A stretch of DNA of 64,000 nucleotides from Patescibacteria group bacterium (GTDB taxonomy: Bacteria; Patescibacteriota; Patescibacteriia; PEXW01): positions 265,206 to 329,205 of the forward strand of contig JBAYJA010000001.1 in NCBI GenBank assembly GCA_041665345.1, given 5' to 3'. Positions 28,539 through 38,580 of this stretch are shown one piece after another (the stretch's first letter is position 1; every line of letters begins with the position of its first letter). The translations under genes were made by a program, and so were the position numbers. The notes beneath the pieces were generated by a model, which had not been told where the DNA came from, made no database searches, and saw only the letters and a program-made list of their open reading frames with translations.

Positions 28539-29265
28539 CGGGGTGGCGCGGTGCACGCGCTACGCCTTTGGTCCAAATAAGTTGCACCTCTGCGGGCCAG
28601 ATGCCAATGCCGAGGTTTTGGCGTACATCCAAGCTGGGGCAACGGATCCAGGCTTGGCGCATATTCTCCAAGGCTTCGCTACCCTGTACCCGTACCTGAA
28701 AGAAATTGCGCACGCCAACCACATTGTGGATGTCTTTGATGACCGCGTAGTTCAAGCCTACTGGTTGGGTAACGAACTGCTGGAAGCCATTCCGGCGCAG
28801 CAGTTTTTCCGGCACCTGCGGGACAACCTGGACTTGAAGCGGAAGTACGGTGCCAAAGAGTTTGATGAACTGGTTGGCAAGTTGCCGAAAGGGGCGCGCA
28901 TGCACCATTCCTTCCACGTGCTGAATGCGTACAAGCGTACCGGGCATGATGCGAAGTTGCACACCCTGGAGAGCATGGACTCGTGCCGGGTGAGCTGGGG
29001 GAGTGTGGTGGCCATGGAAGGCCCAAAGATTACGGTTCGGCGTAAACCCTTGTTGCAGCAAAACCGGAAGCTCGTTCTCGGCGCGGCAGAGGATACGACG
29101 ATTATGCGCCGCTTGGAAGAAGATGCGACTTTGGATGACCTAGCCATCGGTGACCTGGTGAGCATGCACTGGGGGGTGATTTGTGAGATCATCAACCCCA
29201 AGCACGTGCAGTGGCTGGAGCACTACACAATGCAGTCAATCAACCTCTCCAACGAAACGCTCTGA
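28504..29265 (+). CDS. DUF6390-like protein, putative hydrogenase accessory factor
   Basis: RYAFGPN.LHLCGP, LYPYL..IA, VVQAYWLGN, HHSFHV, DSCRVSWG and a HypC-like C-terminus (GDLVSMHWG). Confidence 0.75.
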   Translation: MILTKPQTALHDGVARCTRYAFGPNKLHLCGPDANAEVLAYIQAGATDPGLAHILQGFATLYPYLKEIAHANHIVDVFDDRVVQAYWLGNELLEAIPAQQFFRHLRDNLDLKRKYGAKEFDELVGKLPKGARMHHSFHVLNAYKRTGHDAKLHTLESMDSCRVSWGSVVAMEGPKITVRRKPLLQQNRKLVLGAAEDTTIMRRLEEDATLDDLAIGDLVSMHWGVICEIINPKHVQWLEHYTMQSINLSNETL

Positions 29266-29267
29266 GT

Positions 29268-29648
29268 ATGGAGTTTTGGATATTTGGCAACCCAGATCTA
29301 CCCCAGGACAGTACGCCCATTCACCTCATGCCCAGGCTGCGAGCAGCATTTCCGGAGCACACCTTTGTGCTCAAAGACCCGTTGGATGAGTGGGAACCCA
29401 TGCCCGAGCATTTGCGCGTCATAGACACTATTGTAGGGCTGTACGACGTGAACGAGTACACGGACTTGGAAGGGTTTGCCCAGGCGCCATCCGTCACCAT
29501 GCACGACTTTGATGCATTGTCCCAGCTCCGTTTTTTGCAGAAGCTTGGCAAGCTAAAAAAAATCACGCTCTACGGCGTGCCCGATACGTTGACCGAAGAT
29601 CAAGCCTTTAGTCAGCTGGAAATGCGGCTCCGACAACTTTCAGTTTAA
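29268..29648 (+). CDS. Hydrogenase maturation protease-like protein
   Basis: FGNP....D, IDT and MHDFD match a minimal HycI/HupD-like pattern; adjacent to the hydrogenase. Confidence 0.65.
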   Translation: MEFWIFGNPDLPQDSTPIHLMPRLRAAFPEHTFVLKDPLDEWEPMPEHLRVIDTIVGLYDVNEYTDLEGFAQAPSVTMHDFDALSQLRFLQKLGKLKKITLYGVPDTLTEDQAFSQLEMRLRQLSV

Positions 29649-30924
29649 GGAAGTGCGAGGCGCAGCTCATGCACGGGTCATACGCCCGAATGATTTTTTC
29701 TAGTTCCAGCTGCACCTTTTCCGCATTAGGGTTTTCCGGCAGAAGCTCTTCCAAGCGGCGCGCCATGTCTTGCTCAATGTTGACTTGGTTTTGGCCCGTG
29801 GGCACCACAATTTCGCCGTCGGTCACCACATCTTTTTCATCAATGGTCACTTTGTGGTAAAGCGTGCCGCGCGGTGCTTCAATGACGCCCACGCCCGTCC
29901 CGCTCTTCTTGGTTGGTTGGACGAGTGGCTCTTTGGTGAATTTTGTGGTCTCCAGCATTTCAATGGACTGATCCACGCAGTGCAGCAGCTCAATGGCCTG
30001 CGCCAGGTTGTTGTGGAAAATGTTGGTGGAAGGAAATTTTGCCAAGGTGTGCGGTATGCTGTCCTTCACTTTCTGGTGCAGGTTGTCTTTGGCCAAGTTG
30101 ATGCGCGCCAAGGCGCCCACCATGTACGCTTTGCCTTTGTACTCGTAGCCAGAGGCTTGGGAGTAGGGGATGACCACATGCTCCAGGTGCTCGCGGAACT
30201 GCGCTTCAGAAATGCGCTCCGGTGACTGATCGCTGACAATTTCTCCGTCCAGGAAACTGAAAGGATTTGCCACCAAAGCCATGAAATGGGTTTTGCGGTC
30301 AAAAGTGAAGTCGCACTTTTCAAACCGTTCAATAGTACGCAGCACGGCTGGGCGAATGCCTTTGAGTTTTTTTACCGCCTCAGCCACTTCTTCCGATGTG
30401 GGGACTTTCAGGAACCCGCCAATCATGGGGTTAATGGCGTGCACGCTTCGGCCGGCAATGATAATCGCCAGGTAATTCCCCGCGGCTTTGATATCAAACG
30501 CGTCGTGGAGAATTTGGTGCTGCTCCGGGTCATTCTCGTCAAAGGACAGGAAGGAATCTTTGCCAAACATGTCCGGCATGGCAAAGAGGTAGAGATGGAG
30601 CGCGTGGTCACGAATGTTCAGCCCATTCATGGTCAAATGCTTCATTGTTATGCTCTGCTTACTGGGGGTAATTCCCAAGGCATGTTCACAGGCCTCGATA
30701 CTGCAGAGCAGGTGGGCGTTGGAGCAGGTGCCGCAAATGCGCGCCAGCAAGGCGGGTAGGCCGCGGTAGGGCTTGCCGCGCATGGCCTGGGTGTAGAAGC
30801 GTTTGTACTCGGTAATGCCAAAGCGACACTTCTCCACTTTGCCGTTCTTCACTTCCACGTCCAAAGTGGCAGCACCTTCCACCTTGGTGATCTCCTTCGT
30901 CATGGACAGGTCAACGGTGTGCAT
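29608..30924 (-). CDS. [NiFe]-hydrogenase large subunit (group 3b-like)
   Basis: KVEG, RICGTCSNAH (L1), EAPRGTLYH, VPTGQN and YDPCMSCASH (L2) plus a C-terminal extension. Confidence 0.95.
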   Translation of the reverse strand: MHTVDLSMTKEITKVEGAATLDVEVKNGKVEKCRFGITEYKRFYTQAMRGKPYRGLPALLARICGTCSNAHLLCSIEACEHALGITPSKQSITMKHLTMNGLNIRDHALHLYLFAMPDMFGKDSFLSFDENDPEQHQILHDAFDIKAAGNYLAIIIAGRSVHAINPMIGGFLKVPTSEEVAEAVKKLKGIRPAVLRTIERFEKCDFTFDRKTHFMALVANPFSFLDGEIVSDQSPERISEAQFREHLEHVVIPYSQASGYEYKGKAYMVGALARINLAKDNLHQKVKDSIPHTLAKFPSTNIFHNNLAQAIELLHCVDQSIEMLETTKFTKEPLVQPTKKSGTGVGVIEAPRGTLYHKVTIDEKDVVTDGEIVVPTGQNQVNIEQDMARRLEELLPENPNAEKVQLELEKIIRAYDPCMSCASHFLKLKVVGAAFPAD

Positions 30925-30927
30925 ACC

Positions 30928-31425
30928 TTAGACGATCTTAAATTCTTTGAGCATGGCATCCAGGGCAGCTAAAAACTTCTTCTCATCCATGGGGCAGCCG
31001 CCAACTTCAGCATCCACCTTCACCACCTCGGTCAGCTTCTGGCCTTTGGGCAGGAAGGCAAACTTGTCGAGCAGGGGTTGAATGGCCTCCGTCTGCTCTT
31101 TGGTGAAGGTATTGCGCTGGGTCGAAGGAAGACCTGTGCAGGCACAAGCGCCAATGGCCACCAGCTTGGTTGCCTTGGATCGGATTTCCTTCACCATGTC
31201 CACGTGGCGTTGGCAATTCAGCGCGCCTTCCACAAAAGCCACGTCCAGTTGGTCTAGGACGTTGTTGGTCTGCAGCACCCGGGCGTGCCGCACATCCAGG
31301 AGTTTTTTCCACTCCTGCCAGTGATCATTGAGGAGTTCGGTAAAAACAATCGTGCTGTCCTCGCAGCAGGAGAAGGTAAACCAGCCAATGCGGAGTTTCT
31401 TTTGGGGTGTTTGTTTGGCTGGCAT
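30928..31425 (-). CDS. [NiFe]-hydrogenase small subunit (short)
   Basis: FSCCEDS, FVEG, IGACACTG and GGCP; ATG 31425 follows TATACT. Confidence 0.9.
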   Translation of the reverse strand: MPAKQTPQKKLRIGWFTFSCCEDSTIVFTELLNDHWQEWKKLLDVRHARVLQTNNVLDQLDVAFVEGALNCQRHVDMVKEIRSKATKLVAIGACACTGLPSTQRNTFTKEQTEAIQPLLDKFAFLPKGQKLTEVVKVDAEVGGCPMDEKKFLAALDAMLKEFKIV

Positions 31426-31513
31426 AGGTGCAACTAGTATAGCACCGTAAGAGTTTTCATAAAAAACCGAGCTCAGGAGAACTCGGTTATCTAACAAGTG
31501 CTGTTGCAACTCA

Positions 31514-31873
31514 CTACCTACGAAATCCGACAGTATGTGCGCAAATGATGCACGTGAGGTTATCACCGGATGGGTCATCTTCCGGTACGCCTTTCACCCA
31601 CCCGCAGCCATTGTCGCAGTAGTAGGCTGTTTCGCCGTTGGGAGCCTCCGCAATTTGCGGTTTCGGTGAGGTATGTGGCCGGGGAACAAATAAACCGCCA
31701 TTACTTGCGCATAGTCTGCCCAGGTCGTCACTTCCAACCCGTAATCCTTGCTTCAAATAATGTTGGCGTAAAGTTTGTAGCCGTGATTCCTCGAGATCCC
31801 GCAAATATTTTTGCGCCAGTTCAATAGCCCTATCAAAGGCTCGTACTGCCTCCGGGGACTCAATTTGATTCAT
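31514..31873 (-). CDS. Orphan zinc-ribbon protein, paralog A
   Basis: APNGETAYYCDNGCGWVKG...CIIC; AGGAG SD. Confidence 0.75.
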   Translation of the reverse strand: MNQIESPEAVRAFDRAIELAQKYLRDLEESRLQTLRQHYLKQGLRVGSDDLGRLCASNGGLFVPRPHTSPKPQIAEAPNGETAYYCDNGCGWVKGVPEDDPSGDNLTCIICAHTVGFRR

Positions 31874-31985
31874 AAATAACTCCTATTTTTGGATTGTTGG
31901 TTTACCTGATGAAAGCCTTACGCTTTTCTTTAAAAAAGTCAATAGTGAAAAACCGAGCCCAGGATGAGCTCGGTCTAATTTTTCA

Positions 31986-32426
31986 TTAGGAACGTACAAG
32001 CACGACTTTTTGAATGAGCGCGTCGCAAATGACACAGTACTTGTGTATACCCGACGTACCACGTCCCGGACTAAGATTGTCATACGGTTCTTCACGGGGC
32101 TTTCCTTTCACCCAACCACAGCCCTCATTTCCGCCCTGATTCTGACAGTAGTAAGCGATTTCGCCGTTTTCCGCTTTTGCGTACCTCGGTTCTTCGTTAT
32201 TCCGCAGTATTCTCTTCGTGAAACTGTCGCCATCTGAGGCCTTTAATTGATCCACATCTGTGGCGATTACACCCTGCTGCATAAGCTGAAGTCTGACTTC
32301 CTTCATACGTTCCTGACGTAAGGCCTCTAGCTGAGCTTCAAGAAGTTCAATGTGCAGATCAAGCTCCAATATTTTTTGGCCTGTAAGTTTTTTAAGCGCA
32401 GAGATTGCGTCATGAAATAAGTACAT
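31986..32426 (-). CDS. Orphan zinc-ribbon protein, paralog B
   Basis: AENGEIAYYC...GCGWVKG...CVIC; AGGAGG SD before ATG 32426. Confidence 0.75.
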   Translation of the reverse strand: MYLFHDAISALKKLTGQKILELDLHIELLEAQLEALRQERMKEVRLQLMQQGVIATDVDQLKASDGDSFTKRILRNNEEPRYAKAENGEIAYYCQNQGGNEGCGWVKGKPREEPYDNLSPGRGTSGIHKYCVICDALIQKVVLVRS

Positions 32427-32478
32427 TTTTCCTCCTGGTTTGTTTTCTTTGCCCCTATCTTGTACCGTGAAAGGAGAT

Positions 32479-33330
32479 ATGTCAAATCTCATCGACACCC
32501 ACTGCCACCTGAATTTCAATGCGTACAAAGATGACCTAGATCAGGTCATTGAACGCACGTTGGCTGCAGGAATGCGAGTCATAAATATTGGCTCCCAAAG
32601 CACCACCAGCCAGCGAGCAGTGGAGTTGGCAAAACAACATCCTGGAAAGTTTTTTGCAGCTATTGGTCTGCACCCATTGCACCTGTTCGAGACGTTTGTG
32701 GATAAGGATGAAGTGGACATTCCCTTCAAAACCCGGCAGGAAGTTTTTGATGTGGCGTTCTACAGCAACCTTGCAAAAGAGAAGGGCGTGGTAGCAGTAG
32801 GCGAGTGTGGCGTGGACTACTACCGCGTGCCAGATGGAATCGATCCACAAGTTTTTGTTGCGCGGCAAAAAGAAGTGTTCCTTCAGCAAGCAGCTTTTGC
32901 ACAAGGTCATGACCTTCCCTTAGTGCTCCATACCCGCGCGCATCCAAAAGAGCCAACCAAAGCGTATAATGATCTCCTGGAATTACTGCAGCACGCAGGA
33001 TACAACCGCGGGGTCGTACATTGCTACACCGGAGATGTAGATACCGCTCGGAAGTTCGTTGATGCTGGCTGTCTCATTTCTTTCACCGGGATCATCACCT
33101 TCCCAAATGCAACCAAACTCCTGGATGTCGTTCGTTTTGTGCCGCTGGATCGGATGATGGTGGAAACCGATGCGCCGTACCTGGCGCCGCAGCAATTTCG
33201 CGGAAAGCGCAACGAGCCGCTATACGTGCAGCACGTGGCGGATAAAATTGCTGAGGTGAAGGGGATTGGGGTGGAGGAAGTCGTGCGCCAGACCACGAAG
33301 AACGCAGAGGTATTTTTTCATCTCCCGTAA
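32479..33330 (+). CDS. tatD: TatD family DNase
   Basis: IDTHCHL, GLHP, VGECGVDY, HCYTG, ETDAPYLAP and RGKRNEP motifs. Confidence 0.95.
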   Translation: MSNLIDTHCHLNFNAYKDDLDQVIERTLAAGMRVINIGSQSTTSQRAVELAKQHPGKFFAAIGLHPLHLFETFVDKDEVDIPFKTRQEVFDVAFYSNLAKEKGVVAVGECGVDYYRVPDGIDPQVFVARQKEVFLQQAAFAQGHDLPLVLHTRAHPKEPTKAYNDLLELLQHAGYNRGVVHCYTGDVDTARKFVDAGCLISFTGIITFPNATKLLDVVRFVPLDRMMVETDAPYLAPQQFRGKRNEPLYVQHVADKIAEVKGIGVEEVVRQTTKNAEVFFHLP

Positions 33331-33335
33331 CACAT

Positions 33336-34103
33336 ATGATATTTCTCTTTGTACTCATGATGTTCGTCCTTCCTGTTCTTGTTATTGTCGTGATTGTGAA
33401 AGTCATCCTCCATGCGATTCAACACTATCAAGATTTGCACTTTGGGAAATTGTTGGAGACCGTGCAAAATTTTAGCACACACCAGAGTTATTCTTTTCAA
33501 AAATTACCCCTGTACACATCCGCAGGTTTGCGTGGGCTTCGCGCTGCACTTCCGCGAGGATTGCCCTATAGCTACGGCCAGCCCCGCATTCCCATGTATA
33601 CACTCTCCCAAGAGCATAGGGCAATGTACCGTCCAGTTTTTATACTAGATGCATCGGCGGTCGGTAAATTTAGTAAGATGTTCATTCTACCGTTGTACGC
33701 TGACTACCAAAAAAATGTGAAAGGTGTTTGCTATGCAGTTGTGGAAATACCACAAACAAATCATTGGTTAAAAGTAGAAACGGACCCTGGATTGATGGGT
33801 ATTGCAAAAGATCATGATCTAGAATCTCGGGTATTCAATAAGAAGTATCATCTCTCTGGAAGTGACCGAAAACTTCTAACCGAAGTATTTGATCCCCAGC
33901 TCATTGATCAATTTTCGAAATACAAAGGTGGCTCTCTCTACGTGCGTATACGGCCTGGTTTTTCAGAAGTTGCTATGCAAGGCATATTGAATCAGGAATT
34001 TTTTTCCGAAACGCAAAGCATTCTTGAGCTAGTAACGAAACGTTTTTCACGCGTTTACCCGTCACATCCCGAGCCAAAAGAAGCACCCACGCAAATTGCG
34101 TAG
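33336..34103 (+). CDS. Hypothetical membrane-anchored protein
   Basis: N-terminal TM helix; LESRVFNKKY pattern; AT-rich. Confidence 0.7.
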   Translation: MIFLFVLMMFVLPVLVIVVIVKVILHAIQHYQDLHFGKLLETVQNFSTHQSYSFQKLPLYTSAGLRGLRAALPRGLPYSYGQPRIPMYTLSQEHRAMYRPVFILDASAVGKFSKMFILPLYADYQKNVKGVCYAVVEIPQTNHWLKVETDPGLMGIAKDHDLESRVFNKKYHLSGSDRKLLTEVFDPQLIDQFSKYKGGSLYVRIRPGFSEVAMQGILNQEFFSETQSILELVTKRFSRVYPSHPEPKEAPTQIA

Positions 34104-34128
34104 GTGCTGTGAATGATCTTTGATGATT

Positions 34129-34353
34129 TTACACTTGGTCTCGGCCCCGTTTACTGCCGAGTTTTCGGCCTCGCTCGGTCGATTCAGTGGGCGAACGACG
34201 CCGGCCGGCAATTTGCTCTGTATGACGCAGTATCGTGGCTTCGGCGAGTTCGCTCACCCCTGTGAGTCCTGTTGGACCACCGTTGGCCCTGTAGTGCACC
34301 GGGCCGGAAGGTTCGTTAGGTGTCTCCACTTTTTCTTTCTTTTTTCTCCCCAT
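34129..34353 (-). CDS. Small basic hypothetical protein
   Basis: 74 aa; AAGGAGG SD. Confidence 0.55.
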   Translation of the reverse strand: MGRKKKEKVETPNEPSGPVHYRANGGPTGLTGVSELAEATILRHTEQIAGRRRSPTESTERGRKLGSKRGRDQV

Positions 34354-34640
34354 TGCTTCCTCCTTGGATGGTTTGGGGTAAAGGTTTTTGGTTTGTGTAT
34401 CGAAGTAACGAAGGTAACATGGAACGTAGACAATTGCAAGCCTCTTGCGAATATGGGTGAGCTTCGGTATAGTCCAAGTGAAAGTATATACTCACGTTCA
34501 TTGACAACCCGCGAAGTCAGGCGCGCGGCGCGTTATTTTTGACCAATTATAAAGAGAAAGGAGAAACAACACTCGCTCGGGCGGTGAGGAAGGTCAGTGT
34601 TTTCCGTGGGGATAACACACTCATTGCAAGGAGAGCGAAA

Positions 34641-35360
34641 ATGAAATTTCTGTATGCTATTCTACTCATTGGGCTTGCATGCTTTGCGCAACTGCAGGCT
34701 GATTCTCGTATCCGTTTTACGGCACCCACCACAGGTTTTTTCTGTGAACAAGAGTACTTTTGCGTTGAGATTGACAGTCGAGCTACGCCAGCCCCACTCA
34801 TAGTGACTTTAGAATGTCGCGATGCATTGGATGACACCGCACGTTGGGAGGTAGTGGGATCAGATCTTAATACACAAGGACCATGGTGCTTCAACCTTCC
34901 AACGAATGATTGTATGAATGTGAGGGAAGGATTCTACTACTTTCGTGCGTTTGTGATCGATGCTCATGCGAATATGACGTACTCTGATGCCATTGCCCTT
35001 TTCTACGACAACAGCTCACCTGCGACAAAACTGCTGAGTATATCTGATGGCATCACTGAGAAACCTTTTACATCTGGGGAAGAGATCGTCTTTCCAGTTG
35101 GAACTGAGGTTTTATCATTCACTTTTCAAGCGATTGATAACCTTTCCAGCTGGGGTCCATCTCCCGTGTACAACTCTGGTGTCAGTGCGATTGTCTGTGG
35201 TTTATATGCGGAAGATGCAATCCAGAACGGTGACGGGACATTCACGTATACGTATGATGTGCCCATCCAAGGGGCGCCAACTGAACCGTTGACTTTTACA
35301 GTCTATGATGCGGTTGGCTGTAACGAAACTATCATGCAGGCATGGGTGACGTTGCGTTAA
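34641..35360 (+). CDS. Secreted beta-rich (Ig-like) hypothetical protein
   Basis: Signal peptide MKFLYAILLIGLACFA; AAGGAG SD. Confidence 0.7.
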   Translation: MKFLYAILLIGLACFAQLQADSRIRFTAPTTGFFCEQEYFCVEIDSRATPAPLIVTLECRDALDDTARWEVVGSDLNTQGPWCFNLPTNDCMNVREGFYYFRAFVIDAHANMTYSDAIALFYDNSSPATKLLSISDGITEKPFTSGEEIVFPVGTEVLSFTFQAIDNLSSWGPSPVYNSGVSAIVCGLYAEDAIQNGDGTFTYTYDVPIQGAPTEPLTFTVYDAVGCNETIMQAWVTLR

Positions 35361-35447
35361 GTCATCTTGGCACGTACTTTTTTACGGCCGGAAGCTCAAC
35401 TTCCTGCCGTTTTTTATTACCCCAAAAGTGTAGTATGCTGCAGCCAT

Positions 35448-36512
35448 ATGGAAATCCCCCTCATTATCATCAGCGTGCTGGTTTTGGTTGGTATTTTGGT
35501 GCTCATTCTCCGCCAGGGGAAGGGGAGTACGCAAACGTCTGACCCGGCCATGCATGAGAAAATGGTGCGGCTGGAAGAGCGACTTTCGCAGCTCTCGGAG
35601 AAGAATGCAGATTTGAACCGGACCGTGGATTCCAAAATGACGGAGTCCACCCGCGCCATGCAGCAGCAATTTGGCCAGTCCGCCAAGATTATTCAAGACG
35701 TCACCGAGCGTTTGACGAAGTTGGATGAAACCAACCGGCAGGTCGTAGGTTTTGCTGACCAGCTCCGGAGTTTGCAAGACATTCTCAAAAACCCCAAGCA
35801 ACGTGGGGTGCTGGGAGAGTACTACTTAGAAACGCTCCTCAAGAACGTGCTGCCCCCAAATGCGTATGAAATGCAGTACAAGTTTAAAGACGGCGAGATT
35901 GTAGACGCCGTGGTGTTCGTCAAGGACAAGATCGTGCCCATTGATTCCAAGTTTAGCCTGGAGAACTACAACCGCATGGCTGCTACCACGGACAAGTCTG
36001 AGCATGACCGCTTGGAAAAAGTCTTTGTGAACGATTTAAAAATGCGCATCCAGGAAACCGCCAAGTACGTCCGGCCCAATGAAGGCACCATGGACTTTGC
36101 CTTCATGTTCATTCCGCACGAAGCAATTTACTACGACCTACTGGTGAACAAGGTGGGCGCCATTACCGATGATACGGAAAATCTTATCCAACGTGCGGCT
36201 GGAAAGTACCACGTCATTATCGTCTCGCCCACGTCTTTCCTGGCGTACCTGCAAACCGTGCTCCAAGGTTTACGAGCCATGCAGATTGAAGAGTCGGCCA
36301 AGGAGATTAGGCAGAATGTGGAATTACTGGCCAAGCATTTGTCCAGCTACGATGTCTACATGCAAAAGCTGGGCGGCCACCTGGGCACCACGGTGAACAC
36401 CTACAACACGGCGTACAAAGAATTTAAGAAGGTGGACAAAGATGTCCTGAAGATTGCTGATGTTGGTGGAACAATCGAACCATTGGAATTGGAAAAGCCG
36501 AAAGGGGAGTAG
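35448..36512 (+). CDS. rmuC: DNA recombination protein RmuC
   Basis: N-terminal TM and coiled coil; PKQRGVLGE, PIDSKF, DFAFMFIP.E and VSPTS motifs. Confidence 0.93.
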   Translation: MEIPLIIISVLVLVGILVLILRQGKGSTQTSDPAMHEKMVRLEERLSQLSEKNADLNRTVDSKMTESTRAMQQQFGQSAKIIQDVTERLTKLDETNRQVVGFADQLRSLQDILKNPKQRGVLGEYYLETLLKNVLPPNAYEMQYKFKDGEIVDAVVFVKDKIVPIDSKFSLENYNRMAATTDKSEHDRLEKVFVNDLKMRIQETAKYVRPNEGTMDFAFMFIPHEAIYYDLLVNKVGAITDDTENLIQRAAGKYHVIIVSPTSFLAYLQTVLQGLRAMQIEESAKEIRQNVELLAKHLSSYDVYMQKLGGHLGTTVNTYNTAYKEFKKVDKDVLKIADVGGTIEPLELEKPKGE

Positions 36513-36569
36513 AGGGGGGGGGCTGCGCCGTAAAGCTATAAAGCCATAGGGCTGTAGAGGTCTTTTTCT

Positions 36570-36653
36570 TGTCATCCTGAGTCATACGAAGGATCTTGCT
36601 CTTTGCTTGGAACCACCACTAAGATCCTTCGTCGCAGAATTCTCAGAATGACA
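36570..36653. repeat. TGTCATCCTGAG...CTCAGAATGACA palindromic element
   Basis: Same family as 48047-48127, 54505-54588 and the half copy at 7634-7659. Confidence 0.85.
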
Positions 36654-36807
36654 GAGGAGGGTTATTGCGGTGTCCGTTGTAATACGGGGCCAGGTTGCTT
36701 AATAATAATTTTTAAGCTTACTTAGATGCTCTTAGTAAACCAAGTAATTTAACAATCGTACTTTTTGAAAGAAAAGAAGACCCCCAGAGTGGAGGTCTTA
36801 TTTTTTA

Positions 36808-37104
36808 CTACCCGTTGATGCACAGGAGAAATCCGCTAGCCATACCCAGGAGCCCAAGGACGAAAGCAATGATTGCGTAGACACGACGTCGACGCGATTT
36901 CAGGTACTCCACCTCAGCGGCGGCTTCTTCGTATCGGTCAACATACTGGGGTCCGTACCGAATTTCTTCTGCATTTCTTGGAACTTGCTTGCGAATCCAT
37001 TGGCTAATCATTCCTGATTTCATTGCAAGTAGCACTGCGAGTATGCCAGAAGCAAGTCCCAGGCAAAAGAGCACAACGCCGAGTGTATTTACTTGTACGT
37101 ACAT
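36808..37104 (-). CDS. Small two-TM membrane protein
   Basis: GAGGAGG SD; two hydrophobic helices; hairpin terminator. Confidence 0.7.
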   Translation of the reverse strand: MYVQVNTLGVVLFCLGLASGILAVLLAMKSGMISQWIRKQVPRNAEEIRYGPQYVDRYEEAAAEVEYLKSRRRRVYAIIAFVLGLLGMASGFLLCING

Positions 37105-37200
37105 TTTTCCTCCTCTATTTTTTCATAACCACCTTACGACGAGTCTCCCGTAGTGTCAATGTTGCTCAAGCGGGTAACACCGCGTATCATAAGTTTAGCT

Positions 37201-38232
37201 ATGTCCGAACAATTTGAATCACATTACCAGCAGTCAGAAGTCCAAACCTCCACGGACGCGGCATCGGCGCGTGTTGTTGAGCAAGTGGAGCAGGTCGCTG
37301 AGGAACACGTGGAGCAAACTCGCCAAGCGCTGTTTGAACGGCTACCGGAACTCGCGGCACAACTTAGTGAGCAGGAGGTACGAACCTTGGCTGCAGTAGG
37401 GGAAAAAGACGCGGGAACCTTCACCCACCTGATGGACGTGGCAGAAACCGTGCAGCAGCACATGCCCATGCTGCAGAAAATTTTGGCAACGGAAAAACTC
37501 CCATCCGAAGCGCTTGCCAAAGCAGCGCTGTTCCATGATGTGGGGAAGCTTGGTTTACCCACGCGCTTGGTGCAAGGCACAGTGGGGGAGCAAGCGCTGC
37601 AAACCCGGCTGGCCGTGCTGCTGGAAGATCCAGATGGAGATACTACATTCCTAGACGAACGCTTGCGTGCGCTGGGGCAGTTGCCCAGCTGGAAAAATGC
37701 AAATGCCTTAACCCCGGAGCAAAAGGGGAAATTAAGTTCTCGAGCGCGTGAACTGCTCACCTTGGCACAGTACTTTGGCGGCGACCCAGAGGCTCTGGCG
37801 GAGTGCCGAGCATATGGTTTGGATCCAGAGCAGACTTCGTTCATGGATGCGCTGCACACGCACGAAGCGCAGACCAAGGAGATTTTGGAAAACTTGGGGT
37901 ATGCGCCAGATGACCCCGTGGCGGCAGTGGCTGGGACGCATCATAACTACTCTGATGAGCTGAGGCACTACCCACTTTCAACTGCTTTTTTGGAAATTGT
38001 AGATATGTACGAAGCCCTTACCCAAGAGCGCACCTACCAGGCTGGTCGTTCCTCGTTGGAAGCTCTGCATACCATCATGCAAGCCCCAAAAGGTGATCCA
38101 TTCCACCGCCGGATGCGGGCGAAGTTTGTTCGGGAGAAGTTGAAGGAGTTGGATTTTTCCACAGTCACTGCTCGGGAGCATGAACTCCTGGATGCTATTG
38201 AGCGCGGTATTACACGGGAACCAGATCTCTAA
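37201..38232 (+). CDS. HD/HD-GYP-like domain protein
   Basis: H..DVA, FHDVGK, HE, HHNY and IVDMYEALTQERTY; GYP loop degenerate. Confidence 0.8.
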   Translation: MSEQFESHYQQSEVQTSTDAASARVVEQVEQVAEEHVEQTRQALFERLPELAAQLSEQEVRTLAAVGEKDAGTFTHLMDVAETVQQHMPMLQKILATEKLPSEALAKAALFHDVGKLGLPTRLVQGTVGEQALQTRLAVLLEDPDGDTTFLDERLRALGQLPSWKNANALTPEQKGKLSSRARELLTLAQYFGGDPEALAECRAYGLDPEQTSFMDALHTHEAQTKEILENLGYAPDDPVAAVAGTHHNYSDELRHYPLSTAFLEIVDMYEALTQERTYQAGRSSLEALHTIMQAPKGDPFHRRMRAKFVREKLKELDFSTVTAREHELLDAIERGITREPDL

Positions 38233-38274
38233 ACAAAAAAAGAAAACAGGCCATCAAATGGTGATAGCCTGTGA

Positions 38275-38580
38275 TTACCGAAAGTCCAGCAGGACAATGA
38301 TGAGCAAGATGAAAGCAGCGAAAAGGAAGCCGAGTCCCAACAGCATGCACCAGAATACCCGCAGTTTGTTTAGGAAGAACCCAGGGTACCGCTGTACCAG
38401 TATTTCCCTTTCCTCTTTTGTCACATTTCTCCATTCCGCCATGAGTGATTCAGCTTGCTGGTGTTTGGTGAGTCCTGGTTTTCGGTTTGGACAGTGTGCT
38501 TCAGACCGTTGATCATACAGCGCAAAAGCGTACACGGTTGCCGCAAAGCACAGGGCCAGGACGCCAATGATGTACCACAT
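38275..38580 (-). CDS. Small membrane protein
   Basis: Two hydrophobic ends; AAGGA SD. Confidence 0.6.
   Translation of the reverse strand: MWYIIGVLALCFAATVYAFALYDQRSEAHCPNRKPGLTKHQQAESLMAEWRNVTKEEREILVQRYPGFFLNKLRVFWCMLLGLGFLFAAFILLIIVLLDFR

Noticed and set aside
36690-36720. AT-rich imperfect palindrome GCTTAATAATAATTTTTAAGC as a dif site
   Set aside because: The right arm does not match the XerD consensus TTATGTTAAAT; at most an unassigned operator.
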